Notes under the pieces: model-generated | What the model was told of the DNA's origin: nothing | Databases searched by the model: none | The model's input: only the letters and a program-made list of their open reading frames with translations | Part shown: positions 43,333 to 51,430 of the stretch, piece by piece | Position numbering within the stretch: the stretch's first letter is position 1 | How the letters are laid out: each line of letters begins with the position of its first letter | Made by a program: the position numbers and the translations under genes | Assembly (NCBI GenBank): GCA_963169815.1 | Contig: CAUJDC010000055.1 | Span: 1-52,234, forward strand | Direction of reading: 5' to 3' | Length of the DNA stretch: 52,234 nucleotides | Source: Patescibacteria group bacterium | GTDB taxonomy: Bacteria; Patescibacteriota; Gracilibacteria; UBA1369

Positions 43333-44172
43333 ATGAAAAAATGGATAATGATTATTGGTGCAGTGACTATTTGGCTTTTTGCCTGGGCTATTCTGGGACT
43401 GCCTGATGGGAAGCTCAGAGTGTGGTTTTTGGATATTGGACAAGGGGATGCGATTTTGATGCGGCTGCCTGCTGGAGAATGGGTGATGGTTGATGGCGGG
43501 CCAGATGCCAAAGTTCTGGATTGGATGGGAAGGATTATGCCTTTTTATGAAAGACGATTGGAACTAGTGATCAATAGCCATCCGCATGCGGATCATTTAA
43601 ATGGCTTAGTGGAGGTCTTGGCGCGCTATGACGTGGAGAATTTGTGGATAAGTGGTGTGAAATATAATTATGCTGGTTATCAGAAAATGCTGGAGGAAGC
43701 AGCGGATGCTGGAACGCGGATTGTTTACACTTCTGGGAAAGACGCCCGCATAGGAAAAGTTGGCTTTGATTTGATTTACCCACAGCGCAGCTTGCAGGGA
43801 GAAGGGATGGAAAATGTGAATAATAGTTCAATTGTTTTTCGTTTGATTTATGCCGGGCAGCGGATTTTCTTCAGCGGAGATTTAGAGGAACAGAAAGAAA
43901 CAGAGCTGATGCGTGTGAATGGACTGAATTTAGAATCGGACATTTTAAAAGCTGGACATCATGGCTCGAAAACCAGCAATACTGAAGAATTTGTGCGCAG
44001 AATTGGACCAGAATATGCGGTGATTTCCTGTGGAGTAGACAATAAATTCAAGCATCCATTTCCTGGAACATTAGAGAGATTTGGAAGAATGGGAATGACG
44101 GTTTACCGGACAGACCTGGATGGGACTGTGGAGGTAGAGATTGGCGAAGATTTAAAGATTACTTCTTCATAG
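43333..44172 (+). CDS. ComEC/Rec2-type metallo-beta-lactamase domain protein (stand-alone, single N-terminal TM)
   Basis: 279 aa: a TM helix, then VWFLDIGQGDAILMRLPAGEWVMVDGG, HPHADHLNGL, GDLE and AGHHGSK, as in the C-terminal MBL domain of ComEC. Confidence 0.8.
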   Translation: MKKWIMIIGAVTIWLFAWAILGLPDGKLRVWFLDIGQGDAILMRLPAGEWVMVDGGPDAKVLDWMGRIMPFYERRLELVINSHPHADHLNGLVEVLARYDVENLWISGVKYNYAGYQKMLEEAADAGTRIVYTSGKDARIGKVGFDLIYPQRSLQGEGMENVNNSSIVFRLIYAGQRIFFSGDLEEQKETELMRVNGLNLESDILKAGHHGSKTSNTEEFVRRIGPEYAVISCGVDNKFKHPFPGTLERFGRMGMTVYRTDLDGTVEVEIGEDLKITSS

Positions 44173-45040
44173 CTACTCCGATCTTCCACATCCCCTTTTC
44201 GCGGAAGGCTTCGATGCTTTGGCGTTTGGCGGCGTTGAGGAGGGTCTGTTTGGATTTGCCAATGGTTTCGGAAAGTTGAGTAAGTGGGATGATATTGAGG
44301 GCTTTTAGATAAGCCAGACGTTTATGGAAGGATTCCATTAAGAGCAGCCAGAGAAGATCTTCCAGTCTTTTGGTTTTGCGGCTTTGATCGTATTCTTTGA
44401 GGGCCTGGTAATATTCCTTTTTTTCTTTATCGCGGAAAATGATGGGTGGGAGACCAAGCTCGATTAACTGGATATTGGTGAGGATGCGGCCGATGCGACC
44501 ATTGCCGTCATTGAAGGGGTGAATATGTTCGAATTGGAGATGGAAGCGGGCGATTTTTTCTAAAAAATAACCGTTCAAATCGTCCTGATAGTCACTGATG
44601 TTTTTCTCCAACAATGCATCTACATGTTCAGGAGCAGGAGCGATGTGATTACCAACTTTGACGTATTCATTTTCCTGGCGGAAGCGGCCAGCAATTTCGT
44701 CACTGATACCAGAGATGAGCATGTGATGCAGAAAGAGAATGAAGTCCAAACTAAAGTGTAAATGTCCTTTTTTCTGTCGAATATAATCAGTGACGCGGGC
44801 GAGATTTTTGGCTTCGAAAACTTCGCGCAAACTGACTTTGCGGGAAACTTCCATTTCGAGGAGAATTTGTTCAGTTTCCTGAAGAGAAAGCGTGGAGTTC
44901 TCGATGGCATTGGAATTGTAAACACCTTCAGGAATTTCAGCGTCATCTATCATACGAAGAAGTGCGTCTTTGCCCTTCTTTAATTGGTCGTACTCGGCTT
45001 TCAGATCGGCTATTTGTTTTCTGGCGGCAGGTAATAGCAT
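44159..45040 (-). CDS. Fic-family protein (class II, N-terminal inhibitory motif) with a C-terminal HTH
   Basis: Fic active-site motif HPFNDGNGRIGR (44486-44521). Inhibitory-helix motif SNAIEN = (S/T)xxxE(G/N) at residues 43-48. C-terminal HTH-like LTQLSETIGKSKQTLLNAAKRQ. Confidence 0.88.
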   Translation of the reverse strand: MLLPAARKQIADLKAEYDQLKKGKDALLRMIDDAEIPEGVYNSNAIENSTLSLQETEQILLEMEVSRKVSLREVFEAKNLARVTDYIRQKKGHLHFSLDFILFLHHMLISGISDEIAGRFRQENEYVKVGNHIAPAPEHVDALLEKNISDYQDDLNGYFLEKIARFHLQFEHIHPFNDGNGRIGRILTNIQLIELGLPPIIFRDKEKKEYYQALKEYDQSRKTKRLEDLLWLLLMESFHKRLAYLKALNIIPLTQLSETIGKSKQTLLNAAKRQSIEAFREKGMWKIGVAMKK

Positions 45041-45064
45041 TGATTTTCGTTAATTTATGTCTAT

Positions 45065-45093
45065 ATTTTAGAGGATTAACGATTTCTTGTCAA
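45065..45093 (-). promoter_or_regulatory. Candidate fic promoter
   Basis: On the minus strand: TTGACA (45093-45088), a 17-nt spacer, then TAAAAT (45070-45065), 25 nt upstream of ATG 45040. Confidence 0.55.
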
Positions 45094-45096
45094 TAT

Positions 45097-45197
45097 TTCG
45101 TGAATTTAAAATGTTTTATATGCACATTCACGATTTTTTGCAGTGTGGTTTATCGTTAATCATGGTTAATTTTGACCAGTATTCACGATTTTTACAG
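45097..45197. repeat. Repeated ATTCACGA boxes in the murA-fic spacer
   Basis: ATTCACGATTTTT occurs at 45126-45138 and again at 45181-45193 (direct, each followed by a CAG 1-2 nt downstream). An inverted copy TTCGTGAAT lies at 45097-45105, next to the -35 element. (C/G)GTTAAT also occurs 4 times (45048, 45075 inverted, 45154, 45164). Confidence 0.6.
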
Positions 45198-46445
45198 GTC
45201 AACACGGCGAATCTTGGCGCCGAGGGCAGTGAGCTTGCCTTCGATATTTTCATAGCCACGATCAACGTATTTGATATTAGAAATTTCAGTGGTTCCTTCA
45301 GCAACCAAACCTGCCAATACCATAGCAGCGCCAGCACGGATGTCGATGGAAGCAATTGGCACACCACGTAGGCGGGCTTTGCCTTTGATGGTTGCTTGAT
45401 GTGGATTTAAGATTTGAATCTTAGCGCCCATTTTCTCCAGTTCAGTGAGGTAGTTGAGGCGCCCTTCGAAAAGAGTTTCGAAAATTTGTGATTCACCTTC
45501 GGCCTGAGTAAGTAGCACTGAGAAAGGCGCCTGGAGATCGGTAGCAAAAGATGGATATACCGCTGTACGAACCGCTGTTGGAGCTTCGAACTTTTCTGTC
45601 GGATGAACTGTTACTGCATTTTCTTCGAGCGTGAATTTGGCGCCCATTTCTTCTAATTTCTGCCAAAAACTTTCTAATTGCCAAGTTGGAATTCCCTCAA
45701 TGCGAACTTCTCCACCAGTGATGAGACCAGCAATAGCGAAAGTACCTGCTTCCAAATAATCTCCTGTTACACTGTACTCTGTACCATGCAGCTCAGTCAC
45801 ACCTTCAATAGTGAGGAAGTGCGTGCCTATACCGCTGATTTTCGCCCCCATTGTATTGAGAAAATTACAGAGATCCTGAACATGTGGTTCAGCAGCAACC
45901 AGTTTCAACTCTGTTTTGCCAGGTGCTACAGCGGCCAGCATGATGGCATTTTCAGTAGCCGTAACAGACATTTCCGTCATCAAAACATTGGCGGCGGCCA
46001 GTTTTGGTAAGCGCATATGAATGCGTTCATCAGAGCGAATTACTTCTGCTCCGAGTTTTTCCAAAGCGTAAGTATGGGCATGTGCAGAACGTTTTCCGAG
46101 TACGCAGCCACCAGGGAAGCTCAAATTGAGTTCGCCGAGACGGGCCAACATTGGACCGAAGAGCAGGATGGAAGCACGCATCTTGTTGATCAGAGAATCG
46201 TCAGCACCTTCATTTTTTAGTTCGGCAGCTTCGATAGTGACAGTGTGATCTACGAAAGAAGTTATGACGCCAAGTGAATTGAGAATTTGCAAAAGTGCAT
46301 TTACATCACTAATTTGCGGGACATTGTGCAGAGTTACTTTTTCTTTGCTGAGCAAAGCCGCACAGATAATAGGAAGAACGGCGTTTTTTGAACCACTAAC
46401 TTTGACAGTACCATTAAGCTTCTGTTTGCCTTCAATTATAAACAT
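45192..46445 (-). CDS. murA: UDP-N-acetylglucosamine 1-carboxyvinyltransferase MurA (resident copy)
   Basis: 417 aa, collinear with MurA: VSGSKNAVLPI, MRASILLFGP, the active-site loop PGGCVLGKRS (Cys retained), FATDLQAPF, IASIDIRAGAAMVLAG and VDRGYENIEGKLTALGAKI. Confidence 0.92.
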   Translation of the reverse strand: MFIIEGKQKLNGTVKVSGSKNAVLPIICAALLSKEKVTLHNVPQISDVNALLQILNSLGVITSFVDHTVTIEAAELKNEGADDSLINKMRASILLFGPMLARLGELNLSFPGGCVLGKRSAHAHTYALEKLGAEVIRSDERIHMRLPKLAAANVLMTEMSVTATENAIMLAAVAPGKTELKLVAAEPHVQDLCNFLNTMGAKISGIGTHFLTIEGVTELHGTEYSVTGDYLEAGTFAIAGLITGGEVRIEGIPTWQLESFWQKLEEMGAKFTLEENAVTVHPTEKFEAPTAVRTAVYPSFATDLQAPFSVLLTQAEGESQIFETLFEGRLNYLTELEKMGAKIQILNPHQATIKGKARLRGVPIASIDIRAGAAMVLAGLVAEGTTEISNIKYVDRGYENIEGKLTALGAKIRRVDL

Positions 46446-46499
46446 ATTTTCAAAATAAAGTGGCTGGATTATAGCCGAAGGGGGGAGCTTTGTGAAGAT

Positions 46500-47996
46500 T
46501 TATTGCATTTGTTTGAAATGCCAGGCTTCAGCTATCTCAGCCTGTCCAGGCTGATCCAAGTTCTTGAGATCAGCAATAGTGAGTGCAACTTTTAGTAGCT
46601 GCACCTGAGCTCTTGGGGACAGTGATTTTTGCTGGGCAAGATTTTGCAGATAATTTTCTGAGGCTTCATCTAACTTGATGTATTTAGATAGATTGATCGA
46701 AGTTATTTCGGAATTGTTGCGCAACTTGGAATTTTGGAAACGACGCTCCTGACGTTCACTAGCTAATTGAATTTCAAATTTGATTTGATCGAGTGACTTT
46801 TCCACTTTGGTTGTTTTGAGTAGTGGCCGCGTCAAGCGTATCGATAAATCTATGCGATCCAGTAATGGTCCAGAAAGTTTTTTACGGTAATTCAAAATAG
46901 TTTGAGGGCTGCAAATACAGGGTTTTTCAGTGTCGCCATAATTCCCACAGGGACATGGGTTCATGGCTGCGACCAGGGTAAAACCTGCTGGAAAAATAGT
47001 TTGACGATTTTGCCTGGAGAGATGAATTTCACGGCTCTCTAAAGGTTGTCGCAAAACTTCCAAATGGCTGCGCGGAAATTCTGGAAGCTCATCCAGAAAT
47101 AGTACTCCATTGTGTGCTAAGGAAATTTCACCGGGCTTGAGCGGATTACCTCCACCAGTAATACTCGATAAACTAGCGGTATGATGGACTTCGCGAAAAG
47201 GGCGAGTCTGAACCAATGGTTGCTCTGAACTAAGTTTGCCACAGGCAGAATAAATACGCGTGGTTTCAAATATTTCAGTTTGTGAAAGAGGTGGCAAAAG
47301 TTCAGCCAGTGATTTGGCCAAAATAGTTTTACCAATACCAGGTGATCCATACATCAATATATGATGCCGGCCCGCCGCCGCGATTTGCAAGGCATGCTTG
47401 GCTTCTGATTGGCCTTTAATCAAATCGAAAGTCGATTCAGTTTGAATTGCTATAGTTGGGCGTTTTGGTTTGGGAATTTGTGGTTGAGACTCTCCATTTA
47501 AAATTTTGATCACTTCGGCCAATGTTGTCACTGGGATGAGCTCTGGTCCCTTGACCAGATTGGCTTCAGCAAAATTTTCCAGAGGCAAAATAATTTTCTG
47601 CCAATTATTTTCACGGGCAAATAGGGCAATGGAGACAGCATTTTGAACTGGCCGCAGGGAGCCATTAAGCGCTAATTCTCCAACAAATAAAGTGTCATGA
47701 CAATTGGCTTCGATTTGCCTTGAGGCGACCAGCAATGCAACTGCTATGGGTAAATCAAAAGTTGGCCCATGCTTGCGTAGTGACGCAGGAGCCAGGTTAA
47801 TAATTTTCTTTTGTTGAGGGTAAACTGCTTTAGTAGTTTTGATCGCTGAGCGAATTCTTTCGCGCGATTCCATGACCGAAGTATCCCCCAAACCAACAAT
47901 GGTGAAAGCTGACATGCCGGGCAAAATATCGGCTTCTACTTCTACTAATTGACCATTCAATCCGTCGACCAAACAGGAAAATATTTTTACCGGCAT
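46500..47996 (-). CDS. comM: YifB/ComM family Mg-chelatase-like AAA+ ATPase
   Basis: 498 aa with an N-terminal Lon-protease-like domain (GLGDTSVMESRERIRSAI...FDLPIAVALL), Walker A GSPGIGKT, LFLDELPEF and a Cys cluster (NPCPCGNYGD...CIC). Confidence 0.88.
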   Translation of the reverse strand: MPVKIFSCLVDGLNGQLVEVEADILPGMSAFTIVGLGDTSVMESRERIRSAIKTTKAVYPQQKKIINLAPASLRKHGPTFDLPIAVALLVASRQIEANCHDTLFVGELALNGSLRPVQNAVSIALFARENNWQKIILPLENFAEANLVKGPELIPVTTLAEVIKILNGESQPQIPKPKRPTIAIQTESTFDLIKGQSEAKHALQIAAAGRHHILMYGSPGIGKTILAKSLAELLPPLSQTEIFETTRIYSACGKLSSEQPLVQTRPFREVHHTASLSSITGGGNPLKPGEISLAHNGVLFLDELPEFPRSHLEVLRQPLESREIHLSRQNRQTIFPAGFTLVAAMNPCPCGNYGDTEKPCICSPQTILNYRKKLSGPLLDRIDLSIRLTRPLLKTTKVEKSLDQIKFEIQLASERQERRFQNSKLRNNSEITSINLSKYIKLDEASENYLQNLAQQKSLSPRAQVQLLKVALTIADLKNLDQPGQAEIAEAWHFKQMQ

Positions 47997-48071
47997 AGAA
48001 ATTGCTTTAGAAATTTAGGCCAGTGTAACGAGTGGAGATGAACGGAAGATTAAATTTTGCTAAAATTTAGA

Positions 48072-49070
48072 CTATTTTAATTCTTCAATCATTGAATCGA
48101 AAATGCGACGATGTTCTTTATTTTCTCGACTGAAATAGGTCCTATTACTTAATAACACTCCAGCTTTGCCGTTGCCTCTGTTGATTGCTATAAGACAGCC
48201 AGAAAAACCTGGGTGGCAATAAATACCCTGATCTGAGGTATTCCCTGAATAAGTCCTACCCCACCAGCCAATGGACTGGGAATTAATCCCACCATAGTTT
48301 TTAAATACTTTATCCTGGGTTTCGATAGTCAATATGTTTTGTTTAAGCCACATTTCAGCAAATTTTGCTAAATCATTTGCTGTAGAAAAAATACCTGCAT
48401 TGCCTGCTATCCCACCTAACAGTTCTGCTGATTCATCTTGAGTAATGCCCTTTTTGAGTCTGCCCAAATAATTCTCGCTGGCAACTAAACTGAAGCTAGC
48501 TGTCTGTGCCCCTGTAGTCGTTTTATTTAAACCAAACTCTCTGAAGAAATTTTGAAAAACCTGATCAAGTGATTGGCCAGTTACACGCTCAATAATAAAC
48601 CCTAGATAAACATACCCCAAGTTATGATAATCAATGTTATTTATACGCTCAGCAGGGGCTGTTATATCAATTAATTTTCCTTTGAAGTCATTAGGAAATT
48701 TTGCTCTGTACTCTGAAAGCATTAAATCAAATTTGACTCTATGTGTCAGCAAATCAATTATCTCAACTTTTGAATCTTTAAAGTTACCTAGAAATTCGCC
48801 GACCCTTTGAAATATATCGATTTTTCCTTCTTCCATCAGCCTAAGAATTACAGTGGCAGTGAATAGCTTGGTTACTGAAGCTATGTCAAAAAGGGTATTT
48901 TCATCGATAGGGTTTTGAGAGATGGCGTCTTCAGTACCCAAGATAAATGTCTGTCTGTTCCCTGAACTGTCTATGATTAAAGAAGAAACGGCGGTTACAC
49001 CAGAATTTAGATAATCTCTTAATTCTTCATGGTAGTTAATTGATGTTTTGTCTATTGATCTATTTTTCAT
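48072..49070 (-). CDS. Beta-lactamase-fold serine hydrolase (class C / PBP4*-like / esterase family)
   Basis: 332 aa with SxxK (FDIASVTKLF), a YxN-like YHN (DYHNLGYVYLG) and HxG in place of KTG (CHPGFSG). There is no signal peptide. Its ATG overlaps the upstream stop (ATGA at 49067-49070). Confidence 0.75.
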   Translation of the reverse strand: MKNRSIDKTSINYHEELRDYLNSGVTAVSSLIIDSSGNRQTFILGTEDAISQNPIDENTLFDIASVTKLFTATVILRLMEEGKIDIFQRVGEFLGNFKDSKVEIIDLLTHRVKFDLMLSEYRAKFPNDFKGKLIDITAPAERINNIDYHNLGYVYLGFIIERVTGQSLDQVFQNFFREFGLNKTTTGAQTASFSLVASENYLGRLKKGITQDESAELLGGIAGNAGIFSTANDLAKFAEMWLKQNILTIETQDKVFKNYGGINSQSIGWWGRTYSGNTSDQGIYCHPGFSGCLIAINRGNGKAGVLLSNRTYFSRENKEHRRIFDSMIEELK

Positions 49071-49978
49071 AAACTTTTGAGATAAAGTCTCCCTTTTATA
49101 ATTCCATATTTATTAACTTTGGGCACGTAGAATTTTTTCCCAAGTAAATCCTCAAATACAGATTTTCCAATAAGTAGCGAAAGCAAATAGGCGATAGCTT
49201 CTGGAGTTAGATGTCTTCCATCTTCTTGAAAGTAAGAGTGATGGGATAGCAGCTCGTATTCAGGAAAATAACTAACTTTTGTACAAACTACACTTTTACA
49301 TGCATTTACTAAGTTTGATTTTGATTTATTACTTGCAGATACAATGTCTTTGTTTAAGCTTGAATACTTTAATGGGACAGGTGAAACAGTAAATGTAACA
49401 TTTATATCAAGCTTTTCATTACAGATTTTCATAGTTTTGGATAAGCAACGTGATAAGGAAGCTAAACCGGCCAGTCTAACACCATATTCTTTATTTATTT
49501 GATTTAAGGGTAGTTCAATTGGAACTCGATTCATTATTGTATTTGTTTCTTTATGAAACCACACTTCTGCTAAACCAAAAACCAATACTAAGTTTTTTAG
49601 TTTTAAAAGTGTTTTAAGTGCTTTTCTATCAAATAGCTTGTTTTTATGCCTCAATTCTTCAAGACTTTCGCCCCTTATCCAGCTTCGCCATGGGTCGCAA
49701 AAGATAGTTATTCCATTCTTTTTGAATTTATAGACTCCAAACTCCCACTTATTTGATTTATCTATTAGTCTTTCAAGTTCTGAATAAATAGAAAAAGGAT
49801 TATAAAATATTCCCCAAATATTTTTAACTTCACCTCCGTATACACGTTTTATAAGACGACTCAAATTTCTTGCATCACAGCTACCAAGTACTAATGTTGT
49901 AGATATGTCTTCTATGCTGAATCTATTAAGCATATTACTACTCCATTCAGATTTAAAAATTGAATTAGTTTTATACAT
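49067..49978 (-). CDS. GSCFA-family-like protein (SGNH-hydrolase-like fold, function unknown)
   Basis: 303 aa with an N-terminal LVLGSCDARNL (GSCFA signature variant), GIFYNPFSI and a C-terminal D-x-x-H (QEDGRHLT). It is very AT-rich and starts immediately after the stop of the upstream gene (49979-49981). Confidence 0.6.
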   Translation of the reverse strand: MYKTNSIFKSEWSSNMLNRFSIEDISTTLVLGSCDARNLSRLIKRVYGGEVKNIWGIFYNPFSIYSELERLIDKSNKWEFGVYKFKKNGITIFCDPWRSWIRGESLEELRHKNKLFDRKALKTLLKLKNLVLVFGLAEVWFHKETNTIMNRVPIELPLNQINKEYGVRLAGLASLSRCLSKTMKICNEKLDINVTFTVSPVPLKYSSLNKDIVSASNKSKSNLVNACKSVVCTKVSYFPEYELLSHHSYFQEDGRHLTPEAIAYLLSLLIGKSVFEDLLGKKFYVPKVNKYGIIKGRLYLKSL

Positions 49979-51250
49979 TTAAGATAAGATTATATTGGCT
50001 CCGATAGATTTAAGTTTTAAAAAGAGATTTTCGTAACCTCGTTCAATCTGCTCATAGTTGTGCACGAAAATTCTCTTTTTCAGACCAAGTGAGGCAACAA
50101 CTAGTGAAGCACCTGCACGTATATCACTTGCATGAACAACCAACTCTTTAATATTAACTTTATCCATGATCATGTAAGCTGAATCATTGTTTTTGAAAAG
50201 AAAACCTAATTTTGCCAGCTCTTTTAGATGAGACTCTCTTTTGTCGTAAATTTTATCTATGATTTCGTTACCCCCACCTAAGCATCCTAATGCACTGCAA
50301 ATAATGGGGCCTATATCTGAAGGTAACGCTGGCCAGACGTCCAGAACATAAGTTTTCCTTGGATTGACAGTATTCTGACAATCAAACCTAGAAACCTTGA
50401 ACCCAATGTTTTGAATTTTTACATGTAGGTCATTTAAAAAAGCTTTTACAGATTTTGTTAGCTTATAATTTGATAACTCTATAGTAGATCTTGTAGATAT
50501 TGCAGCGCATATGAAAGTAATTGTTTCAGTTAAATCTGGTTCAATGGTTGCTACTATTAGCTTATTTATTGGTATTTGTTTTTTAACTTTTATAATAGTT
50601 ACTTTTCTTCTTTTTTTGTCTAGAATTACCTCACTGCCTAGTTTCTTGAGAATTTTGCAGACAGTTAAAATAACTGGCTCGATAGCAATATCAGTTAGAA
50701 TTACTTTTTTACTTATTTGGAGGGAACTAAAAAGTGCACTACAGGTAACTCCTACACTTGGTCCAAACTTAGATTTACAGGAGAACCGCAGAGTTCTTTT
50801 TTTTGATTTTAATTTGGACTTTATTGAGTTATTGGTTTGTTTTACAGTTATTCCTAAACTTTTAGCTAATTTAAGATGTAAATCTATCGGTCTAAATGTA
50901 AAATTACACCCTCTAGGCTTATAGAAAGTAGCAAATTTATTTTTAAGCACTGCTCCTGGCAACAAACATATACTTGCTCTGGACTTTGATAACTTTTGAA
51001 AGTTTACTTTGGCGTTTTGTAGGTGAATAACTCTTAAGTTGTTCTTATCTATGAATATTTTTTTAATACCTTCTTCTTCTAACCATTCGATTATGAAAAT
51101 AGCATCTCCACACAAGCTAGCATTTTTTATTAACAAATCAGACTCAATGAAAAACGACATTAAGAGTACATGTACTGTACTAATCTTATCTCCTGATATG
51201 TGTACACGGCCTAAAAGTTTATGTCCTCCCTGTATCCTTAAGCTAGGCAT
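49979..51250 (-). CDS. Highly divergent MurA-like enolpyruvyl transferase paralog
   Basis: 423 aa, collinear with MurA. It retains equivalents of K22 (ISGDK), R91 (KSRAS), C115/R120 (PRGCNFTFRPIDLH), D305 (PALPSD), D369/R371 (ASDIRAGASLV) and the C-terminal IERGYENLFLKLKSIGANI. N23 is replaced. Composition is extremely K/I/N/S-rich. Confidence 0.75.
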   Translation of the reverse strand: MPSLRIQGGHKLLGRVHISGDKISTVHVLLMSFFIESDLLIKNASLCGDAIFIIEWLEEEGIKKIFIDKNNLRVIHLQNAKVNFQKLSKSRASICLLPGAVLKNKFATFYKPRGCNFTFRPIDLHLKLAKSLGITVKQTNNSIKSKLKSKKRTLRFSCKSKFGPSVGVTCSALFSSLQISKKVILTDIAIEPVILTVCKILKKLGSEVILDKKRRKVTIIKVKKQIPINKLIVATIEPDLTETITFICAAISTRSTIELSNYKLTKSVKAFLNDLHVKIQNIGFKVSRFDCQNTVNPRKTYVLDVWPALPSDIGPIICSALGCLGGGNEIIDKIYDKRESHLKELAKLGFLFKNNDSAYMIMDKVNIKELVVHASDIRAGASLVVASLGLKKRIFVHNYEQIERGYENLFLKLKSIGANIILS

Positions 51251-51430
51251 AGTATTTAATTAACGATTCACTTATTTAGAGCTCATTAACAACTAATTGT
51301 AGTTAATATTAAATCATTTTTATATTAAAATGTATTAGAAAATTGTTACTTTTGAATGAAATTGAATTGGAAAGAGTAATTGCCCTTTAAGTTTAGGGCT
51401 GCTAAAATACTTTTGCACAAAAACAAAAAA

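Noticed and set aside
48072-49070. Calling the SxxK hydrolase an antibiotic-resistance beta-lactamase
   Set aside because: There is no signal peptide. The family (class C fold, PF00144-like) is dominated by esterases, amidases and low-molecular-weight PBPs. The motifs alone do not indicate beta-lactam hydrolysis.
5252-50924. Antisense or shadow ORFs inside long genes. Examples: 5252..5764(-), 7288..7698(+), 13038..13367(-), 15456..15809(-), 27303..27716(-), 32507..33112(+), 34402..34899(-), 42343..42912(-), 45678..46010(+), 50511..50924(+).
   Set aside because: Each lies wholly inside a longer ORF that has clear family motifs. Their translations are low-complexity and carry no motifs, which is typical of shadow frames.
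48058-51408. 9-nt direct repeat TGCTAAAAT flanking the AT-rich cassette (48058-48066 and 51400-51408) as attachment sites
   Set aside because: A 9-mer match in AT-rich spacers is plausible by chance, at roughly 5-20% by rough estimate. No integrase or transposase accompanies it. It is kept only as a weak note.
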